A stretch of DNA of 64,000 bases, taken from NCBI GenBank assembly GCA_963847705.1, contig CAWKBC010000014.1, positions 160,001-224,000 on the forward strand, written 5' to 3'. Within the stretch, counting starts at the first letter, position 1. The number at the start of each line of letters is the position of its first letter. Source of the DNA: an uncultured Pseudomonadota bacterium. Lineage in GTDB: Bacteria > Myxococcota_A > Polyangia > Fen-1088. Below are positions 37,251 through 46,909 of this stretch, in pieces. Under the pieces are notes generated by a model that worked only from the letters and a program-made list of their open reading frames with translations, searched no databases and was not told the origin of the DNA. The translations under genes and the position numbers were made by a program.

Positions 37251-38815
37251 AACGAGCCAACCTCGCGCTGGGCTTGGCGCTCCTCGTCGCCCTGGCTGCA
37301 CCGGAGGTGCTGGCGGCACCGGTTCGCATCCTCATCGCGGTCGGCGCGCCGACGGGGCTCTCGGACGATCAGACTCTTGTGCACCCCCGGGACGACGCGC
37401 GCGGCGTCGCGGAGGTACTGACCGCGCTCGGCGGAGTGTCTCCACGAGAGGCGCTGCTCGTCCCCGATGCGCGGGTCGCTTCCGTCCGGGCGGCCTTTGA
37501 TCGTGCCGAGGCGATTGCTCGCGGTCACGCTGCTGCGGAGGTGACGTTCGTCTTCTACTTCAGCGGCCACGGTGACCACGAGGCGCTCCATCTCTCGGGA
37601 GAGACGCTCTCGCTGGACGAGCTGCGCGCCCGTGTCGAACGCATGCCGGTGGCACTTCGCCTCGTGATCATCGACGCCTGCCGCGTGAGCAGAGATCGCG
37701 CGAAGGGAATGACGATGGAGCCCGGCTTCGCCATTTCCCTCGCTCCCGTACCGTCGGCGTCGGGTATGGCCTGGCTCTTCGCCTCGAGCGACGGAGAGGT
37801 GGCGCAGGAGTCCGACGAGATCGGCGGGGCGCTCTTCTCGCATTTCTGGACGACGGGTCTCCGGGGCGCGGCCGACGCCGACGGTGACGGACGCGTCACG
37901 CTGCAGGAGTCGTTCGACTTCGCGTACGCGCAGACGCTCCTGCGGTCGGCGCGCTCGGGCGCGGTGCTGCAAAGGCCGCAGGAAAAGCTCGATCTCAGTG
38001 TGGCGGGTCCGGTGGTTCTCACTCAGCTGGCCGCGCAGCGTTCAACGCTCGTGCTCCCGGCCGACCGGGACGCCCTTTACCTCGTGTACGGCATTGCCTC
38101 GCACGCGCTCGAGGCCGAGCTGTTCGGGAGCCCGGATCGATCCACCTCCCTCGCGCTCCCCGCCGGGCGTTACCTCGTGCAACGCCGCTTCGCCGGGACC
38201 GGGGCCGCGACGGAGGTGCTTCTCACGCCGGGAGGCGTCCGCACGCTGGAGCCGGGGACCCTTCACCCCTTCGAACCCCAAGCGCTCGCGCGCAAGAGCG
38301 AGCTCGTGGTGAGCCCGTGGAGCCTGACCTTGAGCGACGGCGTTGTTGCGGGGAGCGCGATTCTCTGTGGGCGACGAAGCCATACTCGAGGTCGAGCGGC
38401 GCTGGGCGAGCTTTGGCGTCGCCGTGCGAGCGCTCGGGGGTTGGGGGAGAACGCGACCCCGGCGAACCAAGTCTACGAAACGACGCTCGGGGGCGAAGCG
38501 GGGCTCGTCCGTATCCTGTCGCTGGGCGCGCGGGTAGACATGCGTCTCGGCGTCGACGCGCGCGCGGAATACATCCGGCAACAGGTAGAACGGAAGGATG
38601 CGGCCATGGTTGAAACGGTCGGATACCCGGGCATCATGTATTTCAATGGGAGCGCTTGGGGTGGAGGGCTCCACGCTGACGCCCGATACCAGCTCTCGAC
38701 CACCTTCCATCTCGTGGCCGCGGTGAAGGGCTTGGCGCTGGGGACGCCGACCGCCATGGGGCTCCAGGCGCGACTCTCTTTCGGCGCGTACCTAGGAATC
38801 GGCGCGTCGTTCTGA
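37247..38815 (+). CDS. Exported caspase-like (peptidase C14) protein with beta-barrel-like C-terminus
   Basis: Signal peptide, FYFSGHG (His), IIDACR (Cys), GAADADGDGRVTL, C-terminal YLGIGASF; probable compensating indels at ~38357-38447. Confidence 0.85.
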   Translation: MKRANLALGLALLVALAAPEVLAAPVRILIAVGAPTGLSDDQTLVHPRDDARGVAEVLTALGGVSPREALLVPDARVASVRAAFDRAEAIARGHAAAEVTFVFYFSGHGDHEALHLSGETLSLDELRARVERMPVALRLVIIDACRVSRDRAKGMTMEPGFAISLAPVPSASGMAWLFASSDGEVAQESDEIGGALFSHFWTTGLRGAADADGDGRVTLQESFDFAYAQTLLRSARSGAVLQRPQEKLDLSVAGPVVLTQLAAQRSTLVLPADRDALYLVYGIASHALEAELFGSPDRSTSLALPAGRYLVQRRFAGTGAATEVLLTPGGVRTLEPGTLHPFEPQALARKSELVVSPWSLTLSDGVVAGSAILCGRRSHTRGRAALGELWRRRASARGLGENATPANQVYETTLGGEAGLVRILSLGARVDMRLGVDARAEYIRQQVERKDAAMVETVGYPGIMYFNGSAWGGGLHADARYQLSTTFHLVAAVKGLALGTPTAMGLQARLSFGAYLGIGASF

Positions 38816-39125
38816 GCCGCCGCTCAGCAGAGCGCGGATTCATCAACTGATCCCAGGTGCCGGCACAGGCGATCTGAGGTAGTAACAGAGATCAAGCGCT
38901 TGACCTCACGGCAGCCCATCGTCTGCCCTACGGCGGCCAGGTACTCGGATCTCCGACCGAGCCAGCCGTGACTCTCATCACGTCCCCTTCTGGGACGGAT
39001 GGCTCCAGGATCTTGGAGGCCGACCTGCCAGCGCGTTGCATGTCGATCTTTGATGAGTCGAATTTTGATGATCGGAGGGGGCCTGCCGCACGAACATCCT
39101 GTCGCATATCAGGCGAAGGAGATCC

Positions 39126-39695
39126 ATGACACGTCCAATTTCGCGGTTCGTTACTGTCGTTGGCGTCACTGCAGTGCTCGCGGTCGCTTTGCTCGCCCCG
39201 GGTTGTGGCGGCTCGAGCTCCAGCAACGACGGCGGCGGAACAGGCGGCGAAACCTCGTCGACCGGCGGGACGCCTGGAGCCGGCAAGGCCGGCAATAGCG
39301 GTCACACGGGAGGAACGTCTGGCGCGACGGGGGGAAACAAGGGTACCGGCACCGGCGGGAACAACGGAACGGGCACTGCCGGGACCAACGGCAGCGGCGG
39401 TCAGGGGTTCTTCGGCGGCGGCGGCAACGGCTTCTTCGGCGGCGGCGCCAACGGCTTCTTCGGCGGCGGCGGCGCCAATGGCTTCTTCGGCGGCGGCGGC
39501 GCCAATGGCTTCTTCGGCGGCGGCGGCGCCAATGGCTTCTTCGGTGGCGGCGGCGCCAACGGCTTCTTCGGTGGCGGCGGCGCCAACGGCTTCTTCGGTG
39601 GCGGCGGTGCCAACGGCTTCTTCGGTGGCGGCGGTGCCAACGGCTTCTTCGGTGGCGGCGGTGCCAACGGCTTCTTCGGTGGCGGCGGCGGCTAG
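39126..39695 (+). CDS. Gly-rich lipoprotein with 11 GFFGGG(G)AN-type repeats
   Basis: RBS AAGGAG, lipobox APGC, C-terminal tandem repeat. Confidence 0.75.
   Translation: MTRPISRFVTVVGVTAVLAVALLAPGCGGSSSSNDGGGTGGETSSTGGTPGAGKAGNSGHTGGTSGATGGNKGTGTGGNNGTGTAGTNGSGGQGFFGGGGNGFFGGGANGFFGGGGANGFFGGGGANGFFGGGGANGFFGGGGANGFFGGGGANGFFGGGGANGFFGGGGANGFFGGGGANGFFGGGGG
39405..39692 (+). repeat. 27-bp coding tandem repeat (GFFGGGGAN)
   Basis: GGCTTCTTCGGYGGCGGCGGYGCCAAY units with synonymous variation; first two and last units are 24 bp. Confidence 0.95.
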
Positions 39696-39761
39696 TTCGT
39701 AGCCCGACACTCCCAGCGTCCCCATTGGCTGAACCATTGCTGGCGGCCCACCGGCGCTGGT

Positions 39762-41369
39762 GTGGATAATCGCCTGGCAGTGCGATTCGACGCTCTCCGA
39801 GACAGATATCTGACCATCGATCCGCGAGGATTGGGCGCGGGCCGTATCTCGCTCGCGACAGTCCTACTCCTCGATCTCGTTCGCCGGTTCCCGCTCGTCA
39901 CTCTCTGGTACTCGAATCAAGGACTGTTGCCCAACCACACCGTGTTGTGGCGGCCACCGTTTCCCTACGTTTTCTCGTTGTTCTTCACAGCGTCGCGCCC
40001 CACCGAGGCTCTACTCGGATTTGGGCTCTGCGGCGCTGCCTACGTCATGCTGCTCGTGGGCAACCGGACGCGACTGGCCCACATGGCGAGCTTGCTCGCA
40101 GTCCTCAGTCTTCACGGACGCGTCCTCTTCATCCAGAACAGCGGGGACGTGGTCCTGGTTGAAATCTGTCTTTGGACGCTGTTTCTACCTCTCGGCAGAC
40201 GATATTCGGTCGATTCGTTGCGCACTCGTCTTCGACTGAAACCCGGGCTCGACGTTTCGGACGTCTTCCTGGAGGGCACGGCTCCCCCAGATCGGACGCC
40301 GGTCGTTTCGTTGGCAGTGCTTGCCCTCGTCGCCCAGTTGGCCGTGATTTACCTCCTCAACGCTATTCAAAAGGATGGTCGCACCTGGCGAGATGGCAGC
40401 GCGGTCCACTACGTCCTCTACTACGCCAACGTAGTCACCCCGCTCGGGGTCCTCGCTCGCAGCTGGATCACGCCCCGCGCCTCCCAGCTTCTCACCTGGT
40501 CGAGCAGGTTTACAGAAGTGGTTCTTCCCTTCTTGCTCCTGGCGCCCGTTGCTCAGCGATCGGCGCGCCGGCTGGCTATTGCGCTCGTGGTGGCGTTACA
40601 CGGTGCTTTCGGCCTATTCCTCAACCTCGGAATCTTCGTGCCAGCCATGCTGGTTTTCACGCCCTTCCTGATGACGGCGCCCGATTGGGATCGGATCGAA
40701 CGTTGGTGGGCGACGAGAGGCTTCACCAGGGGCACCCGCGGAATGCTCGCGCAGGCGCTCACCGCCCTCGAACGGCGAGGTCTATTGCGGCTGACGACGC
40801 CCGCCCCCGAGACTCCGTCGCGTAGGGCGGCAACGCGGACCCGCTGGGGGCTCCTGGGCGAAGGAGCGGTGTTTGCCCTGATGACGTTCGCGACCGTCGG
40901 GGTCATAGTCGACAATTCCGCGGTCACGCACGTCCCCGCATCGCTGGAACCACGAGTGGTTTACGCCATTCGGGTCTACCTACAGATGTTCCAATCCTGG
41001 TCGCTGTTTGCACCCGACGTCCCCACGAGCGAGGGCACCGTAGCTGTCGATGCCGTGACCGCCGAGGGCCGCCATGTCGATCCGCTCAACGAAGAGCTCT
41101 CGCCGGGTGCCGCCTGGCCGGGCGATGCGATCCCTTCGCGGTTGGGGAACAACGGCTTCGCTTCAGCCTACCTCCTACGGCTCCCGAATCGCCCGGAGTA
41201 TTTTACGGCGCTCGGAGAATGGTTGCTGCGGTATCCCGATCGCACGAGGCGGGACGCGGACCGAATCGTATCCTTCCGGGTGCTCACACTGGAACAGGAC
41301 GATCCTGCGCCTGGCCGTTATTCGGCGGGCACTCTGCAAGCGAAAGTCTTGTTTCGATACCCCAACTGA
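39762..41369 (+). CDS. HTTM-domain membrane protein (vitamin-K-dependent carboxylase/SdpB-like)
   Basis: DPRGLGAGRI, WYSNQGLLP, LPLGRRYSVD, QLAVIYL..K..W.DG.A, QSWSLFAP. Confidence 0.82.
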   Translation: MDNRLAVRFDALRDRYLTIDPRGLGAGRISLATVLLLDLVRRFPLVTLWYSNQGLLPNHTVLWRPPFPYVFSLFFTASRPTEALLGFGLCGAAYVMLLVGNRTRLAHMASLLAVLSLHGRVLFIQNSGDVVLVEICLWTLFLPLGRRYSVDSLRTRLRLKPGLDVSDVFLEGTAPPDRTPVVSLAVLALVAQLAVIYLLNAIQKDGRTWRDGSAVHYVLYYANVVTPLGVLARSWITPRASQLLTWSSRFTEVVLPFLLLAPVAQRSARRLAIALVVALHGAFGLFLNLGIFVPAMLVFTPFLMTAPDWDRIERWWATRGFTRGTRGMLAQALTALERRGLLRLTTPAPETPSRRAATRTRWGLLGEGAVFALMTFATVGVIVDNSAVTHVPASLEPRVVYAIRVYLQMFQSWSLFAPDVPTSEGTVAVDAVTAEGRHVDPLNEELSPGAAWPGDAIPSRLGNNGFASAYLLRLPNRPEYFTALGEWLLRYPDRTRRDADRIVSFRVLTLEQDDPAPGRYSAGTLQAKVLFRYPN

Positions 41370-41535
41370 GAGAGCCCGCCGCGCCGCCACCATCGCAAGC
41401 GTGGCTGAGCGGCGACCGGACGATCAGCAGAGCGGACGGCGATCGGCGCCACGCACGGCGTTCCGCGCGTGGCGGCGGGAATGGCAAACAGGAGGGGCGC
41501 GTACCTTCGAGAGCAGGAGCCCCGGGCCGCTCCAG

Positions 41536-42084
41536 CTAGCGTCCTCCGTTAGCGAACCGAATGCCTTCCCAGATTTGGGCGAGCGCCTGCTGGATCAAAT
41601 TCAAAGCCTGAACCCGATAGCCTCCTTTGTCGGCCCTGGCCTCCCTGAGCTGCCGTCGCGCCTCGCGCAGCTCCACCACGGCTTGCGCCATGTTCGGCTG
41701 CCTCTCCGCGCCGGGCACGTTTTGATCAACCGGCTCGGGCAGCGCGGGACCTTGCGCCATACCGACCTCAGTCGGGTGTCCCGCTGCGTACCGCATGCCT
41801 TCGTCCACAGCGCCCATTGCCTGGCGAACCAGCTGGATCGCACGCTCTCGATGACCGCCTTTGTTCGGGCTCGCCCTCTGAAGCGAGGCGTCTGCCCGCT
41901 GTAGTGCCGCGAACGCGGCTTGCATCTTCGGCTGTCCGCGGTCGGCAGCCATCGGCACGCCCGGACTCGTCGGGGGCGGGGGCGGGGGCGCGACGGCGCA
42001 GGAACAGAGCACGCCGCAAGAAAGGAGTACGGTAGCGATGAATGGTCTCACTCTGAACACCTCCATGACAGTTGGCGACGCCAC
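41536..42084 (-). CDS. Small lipoprotein with a duplicated QPxM..(N/D)KGG(H/Y)R helical domain; start uncertain
   Basis: QPKMQAA..NKGGHRERAI and QPNMAQA..DKGGYRVQAL; lipobox LCSC. Confidence 0.72.
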   Translation of the reverse strand: MASPTVMEVFRVRPFIATVLLSCGVLCSCAVAPPPPPPTSPGVPMAADRGQPKMQAAFAALQRADASLQRASPNKGGHRERAIQLVRQAMGAVDEGMRYAAGHPTEVGMAQGPALPEPVDQNVPGAERQPNMAQAVVELREARRQLREARADKGGYRVQALNLIQQALAQIWEGIRFANGGR

Positions 42085-42263
42085 TTTCGGCCGGGCTGTG
42101 GATGGTGTCAGTGCCAGGCGTCACGAGGCGAGGCTCGTGGGTCGCAGCACGCTGGCTTTGTCACGAAGGGTTTGCATTTCGCTCGCCGAGGCGAGTGACC
42201 AACGGATCGTTCGAAGATCGGGGTTTGGCGAACCACAGATGATCTTTGGCCGATGTCGGCCAG

Positions 42264-44408
42264 TCAGGGCGTAGCGTCCCCCATCGTGTAGCTCGTCGCG
42301 ATCGCGCCGTTCGTTCCTTGCCCGTGGAGAAAGGATCTCACGTAGTCCACGGTCACGTTCGCCGGAGAGACCGTGACGCGCAGGTGGCCCGAGTTGGCGA
42401 TCATCTGCGCCCCCGCATAGTCCGTGGGATTGGTGGAGAAACCCATGTCGTAGCTGGCGTTCGCGGCCATGGGCATCTCCTGATAGACGATGCCATCCAG
42501 TGACTCTTTCGCGAAGACGTGGTCGTGGGCGTGGAAGAACGCGGTTACGTTATTTTGCGCCATCAGTTGATGGACCGGCAGCGCCCAGCCCGGTCGGTTG
42601 GTGTCGAAGGTCCAGGTCGTTCCATCGGTGTCATAGCCGCCCCATTCGCAATACTTGGCGCCCAGGACCCCGCCTCGACCGTAGTCGTCGATGCCTCCGG
42701 CCACGTGGTGCGCGAAGACGAACTTGTACTTCGCGCTGCTTGTCTGAAGCGTTTGCTGCAACCAGAGATACTGCTGTTGTCCCAGCGTCCAATCCCACCG
42801 GGTCCCCACGACCGCGTTGCTGATGTCGCCGCCCTCGGTACCCGCGTAGGGTTTGTGTGTCGTGTACCAGTAGGGCTCGATCGCCACAAACAGAGCATCG
42901 CCCCACTCGAAGGCGTAGTAATCCCCTCGCAGCTGATCTCCAGTGATGTAAGCTGCGTTGGCGGACGTATCGGTGTTCCCGGTGTAGAAGCCGTCGGGCT
43001 CGGGATTGAGAAAGAATTGTTTGCGGGCGTTGGCGTTGAGAACGGGCAGGGAATCCGCGACGCTCGTGGCCACATCTGCGTACCAGCCCTCTTCTCGCTC
43101 GTGGTTGCCGAGCACCAGGAAGACCGGCGTCGAGTGCGCGGCGAGATCGAAGACCGCCAGCTGGTTCACGTACTTCGTGGCAACGGTCGCGGCGGTCTCG
43201 GTGACGTCGTCATTGCTGATGGTATCACCGAGGTCCAGCAAGAAATCGTTCTGCTCGGCGAGGATGTTCTGCATGGTCGTGCGGTAAAGCGTGTCGTCAT
43301 AAAACTCCGGATCTCCCTGGTGTGAATCGGCCTGCACGGCGAATGTGAACGTTTGTCCCCGCGCGCGCTGGGTGTGGAAAGTGTGCTCGCCGCCGGCGGT
43401 GAGGGCGCTCGACGATCCGGTGGGCCGCGACAGCAGCCGGTAGTAGTAGGCCGTGTCGGGTATGAGGCCGCTCACCAGCACCTCGGCGAAGCCATCCGCG
43501 AAGGACGTCACGGTGGTCGCTCCAGAGTAAACGCCCGAGGTCGTGCCGTACTCGACGGCCGCGTCGAGCGCCTGGGTCGCGATGGCTTTGACCGTCACGG
43601 ATTGATCGGTCGGGCGTCCGAGGAACTCTGTAGAGACCCAGGTCAGGCTCGACGGTTGGCTGGACCCCGCGGCTCCCCCGCTCCCACCGATCATGCCCCC
43701 CAGTCCGTTGTTCGACCCGTCGCCCCCCTCGGCACTGCCGTCCGCGCCGACGGCTCCATCCATTCGTCGAAGTCCTCCCATTCCACCGTCGCGAACTTCC
43801 CCGCCGATCCCGGCGATCCCCCCGCTGCCCTCGGCTTTGACTCCGCCCGGACCCCCGCTTCCGGCCATCATGCTGGCCATGCCACCGAGCGAGCCACCCA
43901 AACCGCCCGCTCCTTCGCCGGCGCTTCCCGGTGTTCTGCCGCCGGCGCTGCCCGCTGCGCCGCCGTTCCCGCCAGGGGAACCGGCACTCGCTGCGCCTCC
44001 ACCCGCGCCGGCGCCAACGGCCGAATCAAGGTGGATCGGAATCGCAGTACAGGACGGGGCCAGGGTCACCGTCGTCGAAGTCGGCGCCAAGGGAGGCCCT
44101 TCGCCGATGACGGGGGTCACGATGACGGTCACAAGGCTTCCCGGAACGTACCTGCTGAAGCTCAGCGCAAGCGAGTCCGTCGTCCGTCCCGGTGCGCGCG
44201 TCACCGAGAAGGCCTGGCCCATCATCCCGTCAAGCTGGGTCTGCACGGTCAGGGCGTTGGCATTTACCGCTGCCCCGGAAAACGTGAAGGACAAGAGGAC
44301 TGTGCCCGGGGCACATTTGTTCGTCGTCTGGCACCCCGCCTCGACCAGCAGGAGCGCGGTCAGGGCGATCAGACTCCCTCTGAATCCGCGCAGCCTGGGC
44401 GCGCGCAT
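42264..44408 (-). CDS. Lipoprotein with purple-acid-phosphatase-like metallophosphoesterase
   Basis: AGC lipobox-like motif, Gly-rich linker, FN3-like region, ADSH, DLGD, GNHE, FAHH, HAHDH. Confidence 0.85.
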   Translation of the reverse strand: MRAPRLRGFRGSLIALTALLLVEAGCQTTNKCAPGTVLLSFTFSGAAVNANALTVQTQLDGMMGQAFSVTRAPGRTTDSLALSFSRYVPGSLVTVIVTPVIGEGPPLAPTSTTVTLAPSCTAIPIHLDSAVGAGAGGGAASAGSPGGNGGAAGSAGGRTPGSAGEGAGGLGGSLGGMASMMAGSGGPGGVKAEGSGGIAGIGGEVRDGGMGGLRRMDGAVGADGSAEGGDGSNNGLGGMIGGSGGAAGSSQPSSLTWVSTEFLGRPTDQSVTVKAIATQALDAAVEYGTTSGVYSGATTVTSFADGFAEVLVSGLIPDTAYYYRLLSRPTGSSSALTAGGEHTFHTQRARGQTFTFAVQADSHQGDPEFYDDTLYRTTMQNILAEQNDFLLDLGDTISNDDVTETAATVATKYVNQLAVFDLAAHSTPVFLVLGNHEREEGWYADVATSVADSLPVLNANARKQFFLNPEPDGFYTGNTDTSANAAYITGDQLRGDYYAFEWGDALFVAIEPYWYTTHKPYAGTEGGDISNAVVGTRWDWTLGQQQYLWLQQTLQTSSAKYKFVFAHHVAGGIDDYGRGGVLGAKYCEWGGYDTDGTTWTFDTNRPGWALPVHQLMAQNNVTAFFHAHDHVFAKESLDGIVYQEMPMAANASYDMGFSTNPTDYAGAQMIANSGHLRVTVSPANVTVDYVRSFLHGQGTNGAIATSYTMGDATP

Positions 44409-44409
44409 T

Positions 44410-44898
44410 TCAGAGCTCACTGTGGGTTCCGAGCGTTGGCGTCGGATTCTTGGTGGAGGACTCTGCGGCGACGATCAAGACCGTCAGACCGATGGCGACG
44501 AAGACGCCAAATCCCATCAACGACCACCTCTGTCGAGAAGCGCGATCACGGGCGGGCTCCGAGGGCAACTGCCCCGGTGAGGCCGGTGAGGTGAGCGTCG
44601 CCCCTCGAGCCGCCGTTCCGGGTGGTTGCGAGGCGAGCGTTGGCGGCGAAAGGGGCGCCGGTGGCTGCGTCGGCGGCGGCGCGTGGATCGACGTCGCGGA
44701 CGGGCTCAAGGGAGATTCCGGAATAGTGATAACGACGGCCTGTGAATCCCCGTCCCTGGGTGCGTCGGCGACCGAACCATCCATGGACACGGCCGGCATC
44801 TGCGGCGAATCAGCGGCCTGCGCGCCCATCGTCGGTGAGGCGATCGCCGACGCAAAGACGAGCAGAGGCACGACCGACGGTGTTCGAGAGACTTTCAT
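44410..44898 (-). CDS. Pro-rich membrane-anchored hypothetical protein
   Basis: Signal peptide, Pro-rich region, C-terminal TM helix; coupled to the downstream gene. Confidence 0.6.
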   Translation of the reverse strand: MKVSRTPSVVPLLVFASAIASPTMGAQAADSPQMPAVSMDGSVADAPRDGDSQAVVITIPESPLSPSATSIHAPPPTQPPAPLSPPTLASQPPGTAARGATLTSPASPGQLPSEPARDRASRQRWSLMGFGVFVAIGLTVLIVAAESSTKNPTPTLGTHSEL

Positions 44899-45310
44899 GC
44901 ATCGCCTTGGTGTGTGTTCGCCAATCGCGCTCCCCCTCCGAGCCGCGGCCCCGCGGAGAACGCCACCAGCCCCGATCGGTTTGTCACGTCAGATTCCGAC
45001 GTGAGTGCCGCAGCTCCGACGATCTCGTCAATCGTCCTGGCGCGCGTCCGTGGCGGCTCGAGGCCTGCGCTTCTTGACCTGACGGCGGGGCGCAAAGACA
45101 TCGCACTTCGCGCGACGGTTGCCGTTGAGCCACGGGTGTCCGTGGGCCCGATCACCGTTCGCGGTCAAAAGGATTCTCGAGACCCCGGTCGTTCTATCGC
45201 GTGCGGTACTTGAGCTCGCAGAGGGTCGCGATCCGATTGCGGCCCAAGCACTCGCGTGACCACAGACTGACCTCGATCTCGCAGAGATGATTCGCGGGGG
45301 CCCAGGCCCG

Positions 45311-46909
45311 TTACGGCTTGCTGCTGCAGGCGGCGTGCAACCGAACCGCCGAGCCGTGCTTCGGATAGCGCCGCTCGAGCTCCGCCAGCAGGGCCTGCGC
45401 CGCCGGGCACCCGCCGCGCACCACCGCCAGAGCCGTCTCGGCTCCGAGCGCGTCGGCATCGTGCGCCGAGGCCGGGAACCGGCGCCGGAAATCGGCCAGA
45501 CACAGCTCCGCCTCCGTGGCGGTCTGCTTGGCCAGCACCCGGCAGCGCAAGTAATCCTTGGGCTCCTCCAGGGACGGCGTGTCGACCGCGGCCAGATCGC
45601 GCAGCGCCGCGTCCCCGGAGCCGGCGGTCTCTTCCATGAGCGCCAGCTCGTATCGCGCGGCCGCCGTTGCGGACTCGCGCGGGAACCGCTCCACCAGGCT
45701 CCGCAACGTACGCAGCGCGAGCCCCGTGTCGCCCGCCGCCCGTGCTGCATCTGCCTCACGGAACAGGGTTTGCGCGGTCATTTCCTCGGGCGGGGCGAAC
45801 GCAGGAGGCTCGGTCGACTCGGCGCTTGCTCGTGCGAGCAGCGAACGCGGACCGGCTGGAGTGGCAGCGCGCACCGGCGGCTCAGACGCCGGGCGGGTCG
45901 GTTCCTGCGCCGGCTCCGTCGAGGGGGGCGGGAATGGATCCGCCGGCGGCGCCGCTCCGCTTGCCGGCGCCGACAGCCGGACGGCGACGTGCGACTCGAC
46001 GAGTATCCAGGCCGGCGCCGACGCGATTCGCCGCCTCCCGACCCAGACGCCGGCCCCCGCCGGCGCCTCGATGACGGACAGGGGAACGGTGGCCCCACGC
46101 GGCGGCGGTGTCCGCTCGTGCTCAAACAGCGCCTCGGCGAGCGCGGGCGCGATCTCGTCCGGCTCTGGCAGCGTCGTCAGCCAGCTCTGGCCGGCCGCGA
46201 TCTCCCGAGACGCGCGTGGCGGGGCGCCCGAGGGGCCGGGGGAGGTGCCCACCCGCACCCGGCCGTGCGCGACCGCCACCCGACTCGCGCCGCCAACCAC
46301 CTCGACGGAGAACAGCGTTCCGACGACGTCGGTGACGGCCCCCGGCGAAACGATCTGCAGGCGCCGGCCGGTGCCGCCTTCGAGTGACGCCAGCAGCCGC
46401 CCTCGATCCAGGTGGACCACCGTTTGCCCGCTGCCGGTCGCGCGCTCGGACCAGGCGCGCGCCGGCCCCTTCAGGGTGATCGCGATGGCGTCGCCCAGCG
46501 ACGCGCGCACCAGCCACCCCGCCGGGACCTCCAGGCGCGAGGCCGGTTGCTCCAGAAGCTCCGGCATGGTGGCGGCTCCCGCGCCCTCCGTCGGCGCGAC
46601 GACGTAGGGTTCGAACTGGGGCGCCGGCTCGGGGCCGCCCGCGACAGGCGATCGGCCGGCCGTCACGACGGTGCGCGCGGCCAGCACGGCGCCAGCGGCG
46701 GCACCCACCGCCAGCAGCGCGGCCGCTCGCCGGAGCGCGCGCCGGTGGCCCCGCCCCGGCTGGCGTTCCAGCTCGGCGCTGAGGCGGGTCTCGGCCCGCG
46801 ACCGCGTGATCTCGTCGAAGGGCGATTCGATGCGCGCGAGCGCGTCGCAGAGCCTGTCCAGCTCCTCGCGCTCGACGGCGCCGGCCTCGGGGTCTCGGCC
46901 CCGGCTCAC
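45311..46909 (-). CDS. FecR-domain anti-sigma factor with TPR-like C-terminus
   Basis: VVGTLFSVE..VAVAHGRV; paralog of 33407-34567; GTGA overlap with sigma. Confidence 0.85.
   Translation of the reverse strand: MSRGRDPEAGAVEREELDRLCDALARIESPFDEITRSRAETRLSAELERQPGRGHRRALRRAAALLAVGAAAGAVLAARTVVTAGRSPVAGGPEPAPQFEPYVVAPTEGAGAATMPELLEQPASRLEVPAGWLVRASLGDAIAITLKGPARAWSERATGSGQTVVHLDRGRLLASLEGGTGRRLQIVSPGAVTDVVGTLFSVEVVGGASRVAVAHGRVRVGTSPGPSGAPPRASREIAAGQSWLTTLPEPDEIAPALAEALFEHERTPPPRGATVPLSVIEAPAGAGVWVGRRRIASAPAWILVESHVAVRLSAPASGAAPPADPFPPPSTEPAQEPTRPASEPPVRAATPAGPRSLLARASAESTEPPAFAPPEEMTAQTLFREADAARAAGDTGLALRTLRSLVERFPRESATAAARYELALMEETAGSGDAALRDLAAVDTPSLEEPKDYLRCRVLAKQTATEAELCLADFRRRFPASAHDADALGAETALAVVRGGCPAAQALLAELERRYPKHGSAVRLHAACSSKP

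Noticed and set aside
39405-39692. 27-bp periodic array as a CRISPR array
   Set aside because: No unique spacers; variation is synonymous within a lipoprotein reading frame; no cas genes in the window.
38928-39737. Minus-strand ORFs with AATEEAVG or PPPPKKPLA repeats
   Set aside because: Antisense shadows of the GFF repeat; the + strand ORF has the RBS, signal peptide and lipobox.
45100-45126. Possible further decayed tRNA-Ala att copy (ATCGCACT..CGACGGTT.CCGTT)
   Set aside because: Needs two gaps and has only 8-bp blocks; cannot be told from chance without alignment statistics.
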